Made by a program: the position numbers and the translations under genes
The notes under the pieces: model-generated
The model's database searches: none
Seen by the model: the letters and a program-made list of their open reading frames with translations, nothing else
Told to the model about the DNA's origin: nothing
DNA from: an uncultured Collinsella sp.
Lineage (GTDB): Bacteria; Actinomycetota; Coriobacteriia; Coriobacteriales; Coriobacteriaceae
Assembly (NCBI GenBank): GCA_937989795.1
Contig: CALKBB010000142.1
Coordinates: 1-33,838 of the forward strand
Length of the DNA: 33,838 nucleotides
Direction: 5' to 3'
Shown: positions 19,063 through 30,892 of the stretch, piece after piece
Numbering within the stretch: the stretch's first letter is position 1
How the letters are laid out: each line of letters opens with the position of its first letter

Positions 19063-19254
19063 TTTCTGGGCCAAACCGGCTAACGTCGAAAATACGAAGA
19101 AACGGTGCGCGCGGACAAATAAAAGGCGACCGCGCTCACCCCTGTTAACGGACGTTTTGCCCTGCAGGGTTCGAGAAAAACGTATTACCGTACCTGCGGC
19201 ATAAAGAAGGTCTTAAGAAAACGAACAGGTGCGTATTAACCGATGCTTTTTCGG

Positions 19255-19282
19255 TTGTACTTTAGCGATTGGCTCGTACAAT
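19255..19282 (+). promoter_or_regulatory. Putative promoter of the atp operon
   Basis: TTGTAC-16 bp-TACAAT. Confidence 0.55.
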
Positions 19283-19343
19283 AGTCACCAATGTTTGGCG
19301 GGAACTGTCCTGTGAGGCGTTAAAAAGGAAAGTGAGGACGCCA

Positions 19344-19655
19344 GTGTTTCAGATAGCCGATCTGCTCGCTATCGTTGCGGGCGCCATCGCGGGCGCGGTC
19401 GCCTTTCTTCCCTTTGTTTTTACGCTCAAGCCGGTTCTTGACGATAAGCAGAATGCGGACATGCTCAAGGGCATGGTGAGTCTGGCGGTCTCGGCGGTCG
19501 CCCTGCTCGTCTTTACCTTGGTTGTGTTTGCGTTGTTCGGAGAGGCATTTCGCATGTTCCTCCTGGGCGAGGCGATCGGCTTCGTGGCCTTTATGGCCGC
19601 CTGCGCGGTTCGCGTCGCCAAGGCGCTGCGAGATCCTCATGAGGTCGAAAGGTAA
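19344..19655 (+). CDS. Small membrane protein at the AtpI position
   Basis: Three hydrophobic helices, directly upstream of atpB. GTG start (19344 or 19332) with an RBS. Confidence 0.65.
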   Translation: MFQIADLLAIVAGAIAGAVAFLPFVFTLKPVLDDKQNADMLKGMVSLAVSAVALLVFTLVVFALFGEAFRMFLLGEAIGFVAFMAACAVRVAKALRDPHEVER

Positions 19656-19658
19656 GTC

Positions 19659-20462
19659 GTGGAAATTTTTGAAAAGCTGCCTGATGAGATTAATCATCTG
19701 GTCAGCGAGTTCAGCTCCACCCCCGTCGTGGGCGATCTGAGCTGCGGCATCACGCAGTACTCGTTTTGGCTGATCGTCTCCACGATCGTGCTCCTGATCG
19801 TCCTGGCCGTGTTCAAGAAGAAGCAGACTTTGGTTCCCAAGGGCTTCTTCGTCAACGGTTTCGAGTACATCATCGAGTACGTCGAGAACGATATCGGCAA
19901 GGGCGTCGTGGGTGAGAACTGGAAGAAGCACTTCCCGTTCCTGTGCTCGCTTTTCCTGTTCATCCTGATCAATAACATGATCGGCCTGATCCCGGGAATG
20001 AAGCCCGGCACCGGCGCAATCGGCTCCACCGCCGCGCTCGCCATCTTCGCCTTCGTGTACTTCATCTACTACGGATGCAAGGCTCACGGCGTGATCGGCT
20101 ACATCAAGAGCCTCGCCCCGCAGGGCGTGAGCTTCCCGATGAACGTGCTTGTGTGGGTCGTCGAGCTTTTCTCGACCTTCCTGCGCCTCATCACGCTCGC
20201 CGTCCGTCTGTTCTGCAACATGTTCGCAGGACACGTGGTCATGGGCTCGTTCGCCATCATGGCGAGCATGTTCATGCAGCCGCTGCTTCAGCAGGTTTCC
20301 GCGGCCCACGCCGTCGGCGCCCTGCCTTCGCTGGCCTGGCTTGCCATCCTCATCCTGATTTATACGATTGAGCTTGTGGTCGGCGCCATCCAGGCTTACG
20401 TCTTCACGGTCCTTACCGCCGTGTATGTCTCCGAGGCAGAGGAGGTCGCGGAGGAGGAGTAG
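19659..20462 (+). CDS. atpB: ATP synthase Fo subunit a
   Basis: FILINNMIGLIPG, LRLITLAVRLFCNMFAGH, IQAYVFTVLTAVY. Confidence 0.97.
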   Translation: MEIFEKLPDEINHLVSEFSSTPVVGDLSCGITQYSFWLIVSTIVLLIVLAVFKKKQTLVPKGFFVNGFEYIIEYVENDIGKGVVGENWKKHFPFLCSLFLFILINNMIGLIPGMKPGTGAIGSTAALAIFAFVYFIYYGCKAHGVIGYIKSLAPQGVSFPMNVLVWVVELFSTFLRLITLAVRLFCNMFAGHVVMGSFAIMASMFMQPLLQQVSAAHAVGALPSLAWLAILILIYTIELVVGAIQAYVFTVLTAVYVSEAEEVAEEE

Positions 20463-20587
20463 TCTTCCGTTCGCGCCTTAAAGGTAAGGCAATTCGTTAA
20501 ACCGCTGGTGCCCGTACCCATGGAGCCTGGCAGTTATAAATAAGGTTATCCTGCGTGAAATAAGACACGCACGACAAAGGAGGAATC

Positions 20588-20782
20588 GTGGGAGTTATCG
20601 GTTACGGTCTCGGTGTTATCGGCGCTGGTCTTGCTATCGGCCTGTCTGCTCTGGGTGCTACGGGTGCTATGGCCCGTCAGCCTGAGGTCCAGGGCCGCGT
20701 GTTCACCGTCTTCATCATGGGCTCCGCCTTCGGCGAGGCTCTGGCTCTGATCGGCTTCGTTGTCGCGCTGATCGTTAAATAG
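20588..20782 (+). CDS. atpE: ATP synthase Fo subunit c
   Basis: GxGxG-rich helix, ARQPE loop and the essential Glu (FGEALALIG). AAGGAGG RBS. Confidence 0.97.
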   Translation: MGVIGYGLGVIGAGLAIGLSALGATGAMARQPEVQGRVFTVFIMGSAFGEALALIGFVVALIVK

Positions 20783-20797
20783 CACGGAGCGTCAAGT

Positions 20798-21400
20798 ATG
20801 AATCTTTCATCCCAGAAGAGCGCGATCGCACTCTCCGCGTCCGCGGCCGCGCTGCTCATGCCGGTTTCCGCGTTCGCCGAGGACGGCGCTGCCGGTGCGG
20901 ACATCCTCATCCCTAAGATGGCGGAGTTCATCCCGGCGCTTATCGCCTTCCTGATTATCTGGATCGTGCTGGCCAAGGTCGCCCTGCCGGGCATCATGAA
21001 AACCATGGAGGAGCGCGGCAAGAAGATCGAGGAGAGCCTCGACGAGGCCGAGAAGACCAAGCAGGAGGCTATCGCCAAGCGCGCTGAGTCCGACTCGATC
21101 GTCACCGACGCCCGTCGTCAGGCTGCCGACATCGTTCTCGAGGCCCGTAAGGACGCCGAGTCCGAGCGCGCCCGTATCATCGAGGCTGCTCACAAGGAGG
21201 CCGAGGAGATCATCGCCAAGGCCCATACGACCGTCGAGGACGAGCGCAAGTCCATCTACGCCGGTGCCGCGAGCTCCATCGCCGACCTGTCCGTTGCCGT
21301 CGCCACCAAGATCGTGGGCGAGGCACTCGAGGACGAGACCGAGCAGAAGAAGCTCATCGAGCGCTACATCCAGGAAGCAGGTAGCCTGAATGCCGACTAG
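20798..21400 (+). CDS. atpF: ATP synthase Fo subunit b
   Basis: TM helix followed by a coiled coil (ERGKKIEESLDEAE), in the expected operon position. Confidence 0.95.
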   Translation: MNLSSQKSAIALSASAAALLMPVSAFAEDGAAGADILIPKMAEFIPALIAFLIIWIVLAKVALPGIMKTMEERGKKIEESLDEAEKTKQEAIAKRAESDSIVTDARRQAADIVLEARKDAESERARIIEAAHKEAEEIIAKAHTTVEDERKSIYAGAASSIADLSVAVATKIVGEALEDETEQKKLIERYIQEAGSLNAD

Positions 21401-21866
21401 CCGCTATCAGGACAAGGTGCTCGAGACTTACGCGCGCTCCCTTCTGGAAGCCGCTAAGGCCGAGAACCATGTGTTCGAGGACCTCGAGATGATTGAGCGC
21501 CTGGCTTCCGCCAGCCCCGAGATCATCGCCGTGCTCGACACCATGTCCAAGCGCGACCAGCTCGACCTTCTTCCCAAGGTGGCAGCTGCCTTTAAGTATG
21601 TTGCCGAGGAAGACGAGGATGTAGTGGGCGTGACCGTCACCACGGCGATCCCGCTCGACGACGAGCTGCGTCAAACCATCACTAAGAAATGCGAGCAGGA
21701 CTTCGGCCGCAAGGTATTCCTTATCGAGCAGGTCGACCCGTCTATCGTGGGCGGCCTGGTGCTCGAGGCCCGCGGCGAGCGTCGTGACATTTCCGTCAAG
21801 ACGCAGCTGCGCATCGCACAGGAGACCCTCGCAAACTCTGCTAATTCGTACGGAGGTGAAGCCTAA
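21390..21866 (+). CDS. atpH: ATP synthase F1 subunit delta
   Basis: [25 protein letters not shown]...DISVKTQL. Confidence 0.93.
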   Translation: MPTSRYQDKVLETYARSLLEAAKAENHVFEDLEMIERLASASPEIIAVLDTMSKRDQLDLLPKVAAAFKYVAEEDEDVVGVTVTTAIPLDDELRQTITKKCEQDFGRKVFLIEQVDPSIVGGLVLEARGERRDISVKTQLRIAQETLANSANSYGGEA

Positions 21867-23464
21867 TGTCCGAAACCCTCAATGCCCAGGATATCGCCAA
21901 GAAACTGCAGGAGCAGCTCACGAGCCTCTCCGCGACGGTCGATACGCATGAGGTTTCAACGGTCGACGAGGTAGGCGACGGCATCGCGCGCGTCACTGGC
22001 CTCAAGAGCGCCATGGCAGGCGAGCTTCTGGAGTTCAAGAGCTCCGATACCGGTGAGACCGTCTTCGGCCTTGCCCAGAACCTTGACCGTGACGAGGTCG
22101 GCGCCGTTCTGTTTGGTGCCGTCGACTCCATCAAGGAAGGCGACGAGTGCCGCACCACTGGCCGCATTATGGATATCCCCGTGAGCCGTGCCATGCTCGG
22201 CCGCGTCGTCAATCCGCTCGGCCAGCCCATCGACGGTTTGGGTGACATTGTCGCCACGCATCGTCGCCCCATCGAGTTCAAGGCCCCCGGTGTCATCGAC
22301 CGTACCCCGGTGTGCGAGCCGGTTCAGACTGGCCTGTTGGCTATCGACTCCATGGTGCCTATCGGTCGCGGCCAGCGTGAGCTTATCATCGGCGACCGTA
22401 AGACCGGCAAGACCGCTATCGCCATCGACGCCATCCTCAACCAGCGTGGCAAGGGCATGGTCTGCATCTATGTCGCCATCGGCCAGAAGGCCTCCACGGT
22501 TGCCAACATCCGCGAGACCCTCGCTCAGCACGGTGCGCTCGACTACACCATCATCGTTTCGGCCACCGCTGCCGATTCCGCCCCTATGCAGTACATCGCG
22601 CCTATGGCCGGTGCCGCTATCGGCGAGTTCTTCATGTACAACGGCGAGGACGGCAAGCCCGCCAGCGAGACCAATCCCGGCGGCCACGTGCTCGTCATCT
22701 ACGACGACCTGTCCAAGCAGGCTGTGGCCTACCGTCAGATGTCGCTGACGCTGCATCGTCCGCCCGGACGCGAGGCCTATCCTGGCGACATCTTCTACCT
22801 GCACTCTCGTCTGCTCGAGCGTGCCGTCAAGATGTCCAAGAAGAACGGTTACGGCTCCATGACGGCTCTGCCGATCATCGAGACCCAGGACGGCGACGTC
22901 TCGGCCTACATTCCGACCAACGTCATTTCCATTACCGATGGTCAGATCTACCTGCAGTCCGAGCTCTTCTTCCAGGGCCAGCGCCCGGCAGTCGACGTGG
23001 GCATCTCCGTGTCCCGCGTCGGTGGTGACGCACAGACCAAGGCTATGAAGCAGGTCGCCGGCAACCTCCGTCTGGACCTCGCTTCGTACCAGGAGCTCGC
23101 CGGCTTTACGCAGTTCGGCTCCGACCTCGACGAGGCCACGCAAAAGCAGCTTACCCACGGCGCTCGCATGACTGAGCTCCTTAAGCAGCCGCGCTACAAG
23201 CCGTTTGAGGTTGGCGAGCAGATTGCAGTTCTGTTTGCAGGCAACGAGGGCTTCCTCGACGATCTCGAGATTGCCGACGTGCTGCCTTTCCGCGCTGAGC
23301 TTATCGAGTACCTGGACAACGGCTTTGGCTCGCTGCTCGATAAGGTTCGCGCCAAGAAGATCGACGATGACACCAAGGCTGAGCTTCTGCGCGTTATCGG
23401 TGACTTCAAGCAGCAGTTCATGGCCAAGCACCATGCCGATACGACTGGATCAGAGGAGAACTAA
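21866..23464 (+). CDS. atpA: ATP synthase F1 subunit alpha
   Basis: [40 protein letters not shown]. Confidence 0.98.
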   Translation: MSETLNAQDIAKKLQEQLTSLSATVDTHEVSTVDEVGDGIARVTGLKSAMAGELLEFKSSDTGETVFGLAQNLDRDEVGAVLFGAVDSIKEGDECRTTGRIMDIPVSRAMLGRVVNPLGQPIDGLGDIVATHRRPIEFKAPGVIDRTPVCEPVQTGLLAIDSMVPIGRGQRELIIGDRKTGKTAIAIDAILNQRGKGMVCIYVAIGQKASTVANIRETLAQHGALDYTIIVSATAADSAPMQYIAPMAGAAIGEFFMYNGEDGKPASETNPGGHVLVIYDDLSKQAVAYRQMSLTLHRPPGREAYPGDIFYLHSRLLERAVKMSKKNGYGSMTALPIIETQDGDVSAYIPTNVISITDGQIYLQSELFFQGQRPAVDVGISVSRVGGDAQTKAMKQVAGNLRLDLASYQELAGFTQFGSDLDEATQKQLTHGARMTELLKQPRYKPFEVGEQIAVLFAGNEGFLDDLEIADVLPFRAELIEYLDNGFGSLLDKVRAKKIDDDTKAELLRVIGDFKQQFMAKHHADTTGSEEN

Positions 23465-23469
23465 GCCCT

Positions 23470-25832
<2,363 letters not shown>

Positions 25833-25835
25833 GTT

Positions 25836-26228
25836 ATGCGTATCCGCATCGTGTGCCCCGTGAGCCTCGCCTATGAGGGTGACGCTGCGTTTGTGTCGAT
25901 TCCGTCTACGGATGGCGAGTTTGGCGTTTTACCTGCTCACTCCAGCGAAATCTGCACGATCGACCGCGGTTACGTTCGCGTTTCCGATAAGGCCATGGGC
26001 ACTGTCGACCACACGTTTGCCGTGGTCGGCGGCTACGCCCAGGTTGCGGAAGATGTCGTGACCGTCCTCGCCGAGCGCGCTTGCGATTTGGCGACCGTCG
26101 ACGCCGACAAGGTTAAAGCTGATATTCAAGGTTTTGAAGAGAAGCTGGGTAATTTGTCGGAGGATGATGCACGCCGCGCCTACCTCTATAATGAAATCGC
26201 ATGGTGTAAGCTCAAGCTTGCCCAATAG
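25836..26228 (+). CDS. atpC: ATP synthase F1 subunit epsilon
   Basis: GEFGVLPAH, GGYAQV..VTVLAE; last gene of the operon. Confidence 0.95.
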   Translation: MRIRIVCPVSLAYEGDAAFVSIPSTDGEFGVLPAHSSEICTIDRGYVRVSDKAMGTVDHTFAVVGGYAQVAEDVVTVLAERACDLATVDADKVKADIQGFEEKLGNLSEDDARRAYLYNEIAWCKLKLAQ

Positions 26229-26264
26229 TCAAACGCTTTAGCGTTCGACCATTTGCGAACACAT

Positions 26265-26303
26265 CATGCCCGGGATGGCCCAGCCACCCCGGGCATGCTT
26301 TTT
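26265..26303 (+). terminator. Terminator-like hairpin between atpC and murA
   Basis: CATGCCCGGG...CCCGGGCATG followed by CTTTTT. Confidence 0.55.
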
Positions 26304-26316
26304 GAAAGGGTAGACC

Positions 26317-27600
26317 TTGGATATTATCCGCGTTGAGGGTGGCCACGCCATCGGAGGTTCCGTGCCTGTTTCGGGTGCTAAGAACTCCGCGCTCAAACTT
26401 ATGGCGGCAACGCTTCTGGCGCCGGGCAAGACGACGCTGCGGAACGTGCCCGATATTTCCGATGTCCACGTGATGGGCAAGGTGCTCAAGGGCATGGGCG
26501 CTACGATCGATGTTCTCGACGAGCACACGCTCGAGATCGATACCTCCCAGGTCGATTCTTGGGAGGCGCCCTACGAGCTTGTCGCCAAGATGCGCGCCTC
26601 CACGGCTGTGATGGGCCCCCTGCTGGGTCGTTTCCATCGCGCCAAGATCGCCATGCCGGGCGGCTGTAACCTGGGTGCTCGCAAGATCGATATGCATATC
26701 TTGGGTCTCGAGGCTCTGGGCGTCGAGTTCGACACCGCCCACGGCTACATCAACGCCAGTGCTCCCCAGGGTCTGCACGGCACCACCGTCACGCTCGAAT
26801 TCGCGAGCGTGGGCGCCACCGAGAACCTCATCATGGCTGCCGTGCGCGCACAGGGCACCACGGTTATCGACAACGCTGCCCGCGAGCCCGAGATCGTCGA
26901 CCTTGCCAACATGCTCAACGAGATGGGTGCCAAGATCGTCGGCGCAGGCACGCCCGTCGTGACCATCGAGGGCGTGGAGGAGCTGCATCCCGTTACCCAT
27001 TGCGTGGTGGGCGACCGCATCGAGGCCGGCACCTTTATCGTCGCCGGCGCCCTCATGGCCGATGAGCGCGGCGTCGATGTTACGGGCTTCTGCCCCATCC
27101 ACCTGGGAATGGTGCTCAAAAAGATGGAACTTATGGGCATCGAGTGCGAGCGTATCGAGAACGGCGTCCACGTCAATCGCGTCGAGCGCATCAGGCCGGT
27201 CGATATCCAGACGCTTCCGTTCCCGGGTTTCCCGACCGACATGCAGGCGCAGATCATGGTGCTTTCGGCCCTTGCCGACGGAAGCTCCGTAATTACCGAG
27301 AACATCTTCGAGAACCGCTTCATGTTCGCCTCCGAGCTCGTGCGTATGGGTGCCGATATTCGTATCGAGAGCCATCACGCCATGATTCACGGCGTCAAGG
27401 GCTTCTCGGGCGCACAGGTCACCTCACCCGACCTGCGTGGCGGCGCGGCGCTTGTGGTTGCCGGTCTTATCGCCGATGGCGTTACCGAGGTCTCGGCCAT
27501 CCATCACATCAAACGTGGCTACGAGCAGTTTGTCGAAAAGCTGCAGGCGCTCGGCGCGCATGTCGAGCATGCTACCGTCCCCGATCCCGTCATCTACTAA
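26317..27600 (+). CDS. murA: UDP-N-acetylglucosamine 1-carboxyvinyltransferase
   Basis: SGAKNSAL, KMRAS, PGGCNLGARKIDMH (catalytic Cys), SVGATEN, PFPGFPTDMQ, DLRGGAAL. Confidence 0.97.
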   Translation: MDIIRVEGGHAIGGSVPVSGAKNSALKLMAATLLAPGKTTLRNVPDISDVHVMGKVLKGMGATIDVLDEHTLEIDTSQVDSWEAPYELVAKMRASTAVMGPLLGRFHRAKIAMPGGCNLGARKIDMHILGLEALGVEFDTAHGYINASAPQGLHGTTVTLEFASVGATENLIMAAVRAQGTTVIDNAAREPEIVDLANMLNEMGAKIVGAGTPVVTIEGVEELHPVTHCVVGDRIEAGTFIVAGALMADERGVDVTGFCPIHLGMVLKKMELMGIECERIENGVHVNRVERIRPVDIQTLPFPGFPTDMQAQIMVLSALADGSSVITENIFENRFMFASELVRMGADIRIESHHAMIHGVKGFSGAQVTSPDLRGGAALVVAGLIADGVTEVSAIHHIKRGYEQFVEKLQALGAHVEHATVPDPVIY

Positions 27601-27612
27601 TGCAGGTTGCCT

Positions 27613-28839
27613 ATGTTTAACAAGAAACCCCTAGCGGATAACACCCGAAGACCCTCGACTGGTGCGCAGGCCAAGATCTACAGCCGCGACAATGTCGCAC
27701 GCTATTCCGAGCGCGCCCGTCAGCGCCGTCGCGGCCGCACGGTTCGCCGCGTAGCTCTCATCGCCGTACTCGGCGTGCTGCTGAGCGCCACGACTGCTGC
27801 GGGTCTGTGGTTTGCCACTATCATGGGCAAGCTTGGCGACTCCAATGTCATTACCAACAACCTGCGCCAGATTCTGGTCGATACCAATGAGGCAAAAGAT
27901 CCGTTCTACGTGTTGCTTCTTGGTACCGACGGTCGTCCGGGCGAGGATACGTATCGTGCCGACTCGATTATCCTGGCACGCATCGACCCCACGCAAAAGC
28001 AGACGACGCTCATTTCCGTTCCGCGCGACACCAAGGTCGTGTACAAGGGCGAGACCATGAAGATCAACGCCTGCCACACCGTTGGCGGCGCCGAGGCCAT
28101 GGTCCAGGCGGTCAACGAGCTGTGCGGCGTGCAGATTTCTCACTATGCCGAGGTCAGCTTTGACGGCATGCAGTCGCTTATTGATTCGGTTGGCGGTATC
28201 GACATCAACGCGACCGACGACGTCGACGATCCCGAGCATCTGGATATTAAGATTACCGCTGGCCAGCAGCATATGGACGGTGCCACTGCCCTTACCTATG
28301 CCCGCTGCCGCTACACCTATGCCGACGGCGATTACACGCGCATGCGCCATCAGCGTCAGGTGCTTGGCGCCCTTGCCAACCAGATTCTCAATAACTTCGA
28401 TGCCACGAAGATCTTTGGCCTGGTTAATTCGCTGTCCGATATGCTCGTAACCGATATGAGCGTTCAGGATATCGTGTCCACGGTCAATGCCATGCGCGGC
28501 ATGGATGTCGAGGGCATCTACTCGGCCAACCTGCCCTCGTACGCCGACGACAGCACTATGATCGACGGCGTGAGCTATGTCTTTGTTTACGAAGACGAGC
28601 TTAAGGAAATGATGGCCCGCGTCGACGCCGGTGAGGATCCCAAGGGCCCCAACACCATGGGCCTTTCAGACGGCTCCAGCTCCACGATCGGTGACCTCAA
28701 CAACAATACGTCCGAGGACTACGCATATGGCACCGCGACCTCGTCGGGTGGCTCGGACGATTCCGACGATTCGAGCGACGGCTCCGATTACTACGAAGAG
28801 CCCACCGGTGACGGCAACGGCTACGAAGCCAACTATTAG
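27613..28839 (+). CDS. LytR-CpsA-Psr (LCP) family cell-wall glycopolymer transferase
   Basis: Basic N-terminus plus TM helix; LLLGTD, RADSII, SVPRDT, KINA, YARCR..GDYTRMRHQ; acidic tail. Confidence 0.93.
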   Translation: MFNKKPLADNTRRPSTGAQAKIYSRDNVARYSERARQRRRGRTVRRVALIAVLGVLLSATTAAGLWFATIMGKLGDSNVITNNLRQILVDTNEAKDPFYVLLLGTDGRPGEDTYRADSIILARIDPTQKQTTLISVPRDTKVVYKGETMKINACHTVGGAEAMVQAVNELCGVQISHYAEVSFDGMQSLIDSVGGIDINATDDVDDPEHLDIKITAGQQHMDGATALTYARCRYTYADGDYTRMRHQRQVLGALANQILNNFDATKIFGLVNSLSDMLVTDMSVQDIVSTVNAMRGMDVEGIYSANLPSYADDSTMIDGVSYVFVYEDELKEMMARVDAGEDPKGPNTMGLSDGSSSTIGDLNNNTSEDYAYGTATSSGGSDDSDDSSDGSDYYEEPTGDGNGYEANY

Positions 28840-28840
28840 A

Positions 28841-29010
28841 GTTACGCGGGCTTACCAGCCCGCGTAACGGCTCGACGCTGCGCGCCGCCCAAGGCGACAA
28901 TTTGTCATTCAAAAGGCAGGGCATGACCAGAAGGTCAATGCCCTGCCTTTTTCATGCCAACTTGTTCGCCTTGGACGTCGCTCGCTGACGTTGGCTCAAC
29001 CTGCGATGCC
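28841..29010. repeat. Structured ~170-bp intergenic repeat, copy 2
   Basis: Homologous to 13303-13470. The inner hairpin resembles a bidirectional terminator. Confidence 0.85.
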
Positions 29011-29028
29011 GACTACTTTTCTTGCACC

Positions 29029-29073
29029 AAAAATCGCCCCGTTCTCTGTTGAGGACGGGGCGATTCGTCTTTT
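29029..29073. terminator. Terminator for pepT, possibly bidirectional
   Basis: AAA-AATCGCCCCGTTCTC-tgtt-GAGGACGGGGCGATT, with a T tract on the minus strand. Confidence 0.75.
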
Positions 29074-29091
29074 GGGCTTATGCAGCCAGTC

Positions 29092-30339
29092 TTATGCGAA
29101 ACGGGCGACGAGTTCCTGCAGGACGTCGGTCATCTTGACGAGCGAGCTGACCGGGACAAACTCGTTGACGCCGTGGTAACAGTAGCCGCCTGTCGAGAGG
29201 TTGGGGCAGGGCAGGCCGCGGAACGACAGCTGTGCGCCGTCGGTGCCGCCGCGAATCGGCAGTACTTGGGGCTCAACGCCGCAGGCAAGGTAGGCTTCCT
29301 TGGCAACATCAATAAGCTCGGGATAGTCACGAACGATCTCGGCCATATTTCGATACTGCTGCTTAATCTCGACCGTTACGCGCTCCTCGCCTAGTCGCTG
29401 GTTGAGCAGTGCGGCGGCGGCATTCATCAGCTCGAGTTTCTGCTGGAACTTGGCGGCATCGTGATCACGGACGATATAGCGCGCCGTGGCATGGTCGACC
29501 GTTGCCGAGACGCCCTCAAGGTGATAGAAGCCCTCGTAGCCCTCGGTGTATTCCGGGCGCTGCTCGTAAGGGAGCAGGGCGTTGAAGTCGCAGAACAGGT
29601 TGCCCGCGTTGACCATGCGCCCCTTGGCGTCGCCGGGGTGAATGGACTGGCCCTCAAAGCGAACGGTTGCCTCGGCGGCGTTGAAGCACTCCCACTCAAG
29701 CTCGCCAACCGGACCGCCGTCGACCGTGTAAGCGTACTTGCAGCCGAAGGCCTCGATATCCAACAGCTCGGCACCGTGACCGATTTCCTCGTCCGGGCAG
29801 AAGCAAATGCCGAGCGCGGGATGGGGCAGGGAGGGATCCTGCGCGATGCGTGCGACAAGCGCCATGATTTCGGCGACACCCGCCTTGTCGTCGGCGCCCA
29901 GCAGCGTAGTTCCGTCGGTGCAGACAAGGTCCTCACCCACCAGGTTGTTGAGGGCAGGAAGTTTGGCGGTGCTCATGGACACGGGCTTGCCGTCGACGAT
30001 GCCGCAAACCAGATCGCCGCCCTCGTAGTGCACGATGTGCGGCGCTACGCCGGCGCCCGGCGCGACCTCGGTGGTATCGAGGTGCGCGATCAGGCCCAGG
30101 GCGGGCTTATTCTCGGAACCAGCGCTAGCGGGAATGTGCGCGCAGACATAGGCGTTTTCGGTTACATGGGCATCGGTTGCACCCAACTCGCGCAGTTCTT
30201 CGGCAAGCACGTTGGCAAGGTCAAACTGTACGGTGCTCGACGGCACCTGGTCGCAGTTGGCATCCTCGGACTGCGTGTTGATCTGGACGTAGCGCAAAAA
30301 GCGTTCGAGGACATCGGGGCTCGTGGTGGTGTTTTCCAT
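29092..30339 (-). CDS. pepT: Peptidase T (tripeptide aminopeptidase)
   Basis: ERFLRYVQINTQS, AHLDT, LLGADDKAG, PDEEIG, PIRGGTDG, YHGVNEF. ATG at 30339 after GGAG. Confidence 0.96.
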   Translation of the reverse strand: MENTTTSPDVLERFLRYVQINTQSEDANCDQVPSSTVQFDLANVLAEELRELGATDAHVTENAYVCAHIPASAGSENKPALGLIAHLDTTEVAPGAGVAPHIVHYEGGDLVCGIVDGKPVSMSTAKLPALNNLVGEDLVCTDGTTLLGADDKAGVAEIMALVARIAQDPSLPHPALGICFCPDEEIGHGAELLDIEAFGCKYAYTVDGGPVGELEWECFNAAEATVRFEGQSIHPGDAKGRMVNAGNLFCDFNALLPYEQRPEYTEGYEGFYHLEGVSATVDHATARYIVRDHDAAKFQQKLELMNAAAALLNQRLGEERVTVEIKQQYRNMAEIVRDYPELIDVAKEAYLACGVEPQVLPIRGGTDGAQLSFRGLPCPNLSTGGYCYHGVNEFVPVSSLVKMTDVLQELVARFA

Positions 30340-30459
30340 AAAGACCGCTCCAATCTTGGTCGTCGTGTGCAACAAGAACTCTAGCACGGTATGCCACGGC
30401 ATACCACGACGCTTGGATGGGGTAGAATCAGCCATTGAATGCAGAAGGGACGGAAGATC

Positions 30460-30882
30460 ATGGATACGACAAATAGCTCGCGCGAACTACATCTGACGGT
30501 GGCGAACGAAGACTACTTGGAGTGCATGGTTCGCATTGAAAGCGAAGAGGGGGAAACCAACGGCGTGCGATCGGTCGACATCGCGCAGCGTCTTGGCGTC
30601 TCCAAGGCATCGGTCAATAAAGCGGTTTCGGCGCTCAAGGCATCCGAACTTGTCGAGCAATCGCACTACGGCAAGGTAGTCCTGACCGATCGCGGCCGCG
30701 AGGTTGGCACGGCTATCTGGTACCGTCATCGCCTCGTCCGCACGTTTTTGGTTCAGGAGCTCGGTGTCGAATTTGAGCGAGCCGATTCCGAGGCCTGCAT
30801 GATGGAGCATGCTCTATCCGAGGACACGATGAACCGCTGGCTCGCCTATCTCGAAAAGCAGGGAATCAGCGTCGAGGAATAG
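30460..30882 (+). CDS. DtxR/MntR-family metal-dependent transcriptional regulator
   Basis: EDYLE, DIAQRLGVSKASV HTH, RHRLVRTFL, EACMMEH. Confidence 0.93.
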   Translation: MDTTNSSRELHLTVANEDYLECMVRIESEEGETNGVRSVDIAQRLGVSKASVNKAVSALKASELVEQSHYGKVVLTDRGREVGTAIWYRHRLVRTFLVQELGVEFERADSEACMMEHALSEDTMNRWLAYLEKQGISVEE

Positions 30883-30892
30883 CGGGATATAT

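Noticed and set aside
20588..20782. Na+-coupled ATP synthase
   Set aside because: Subunit c has E-A rather than E-S/T and lacks the upstream Gln/Glu ligand of the Na+-binding signature, so it is probably H+-coupled.
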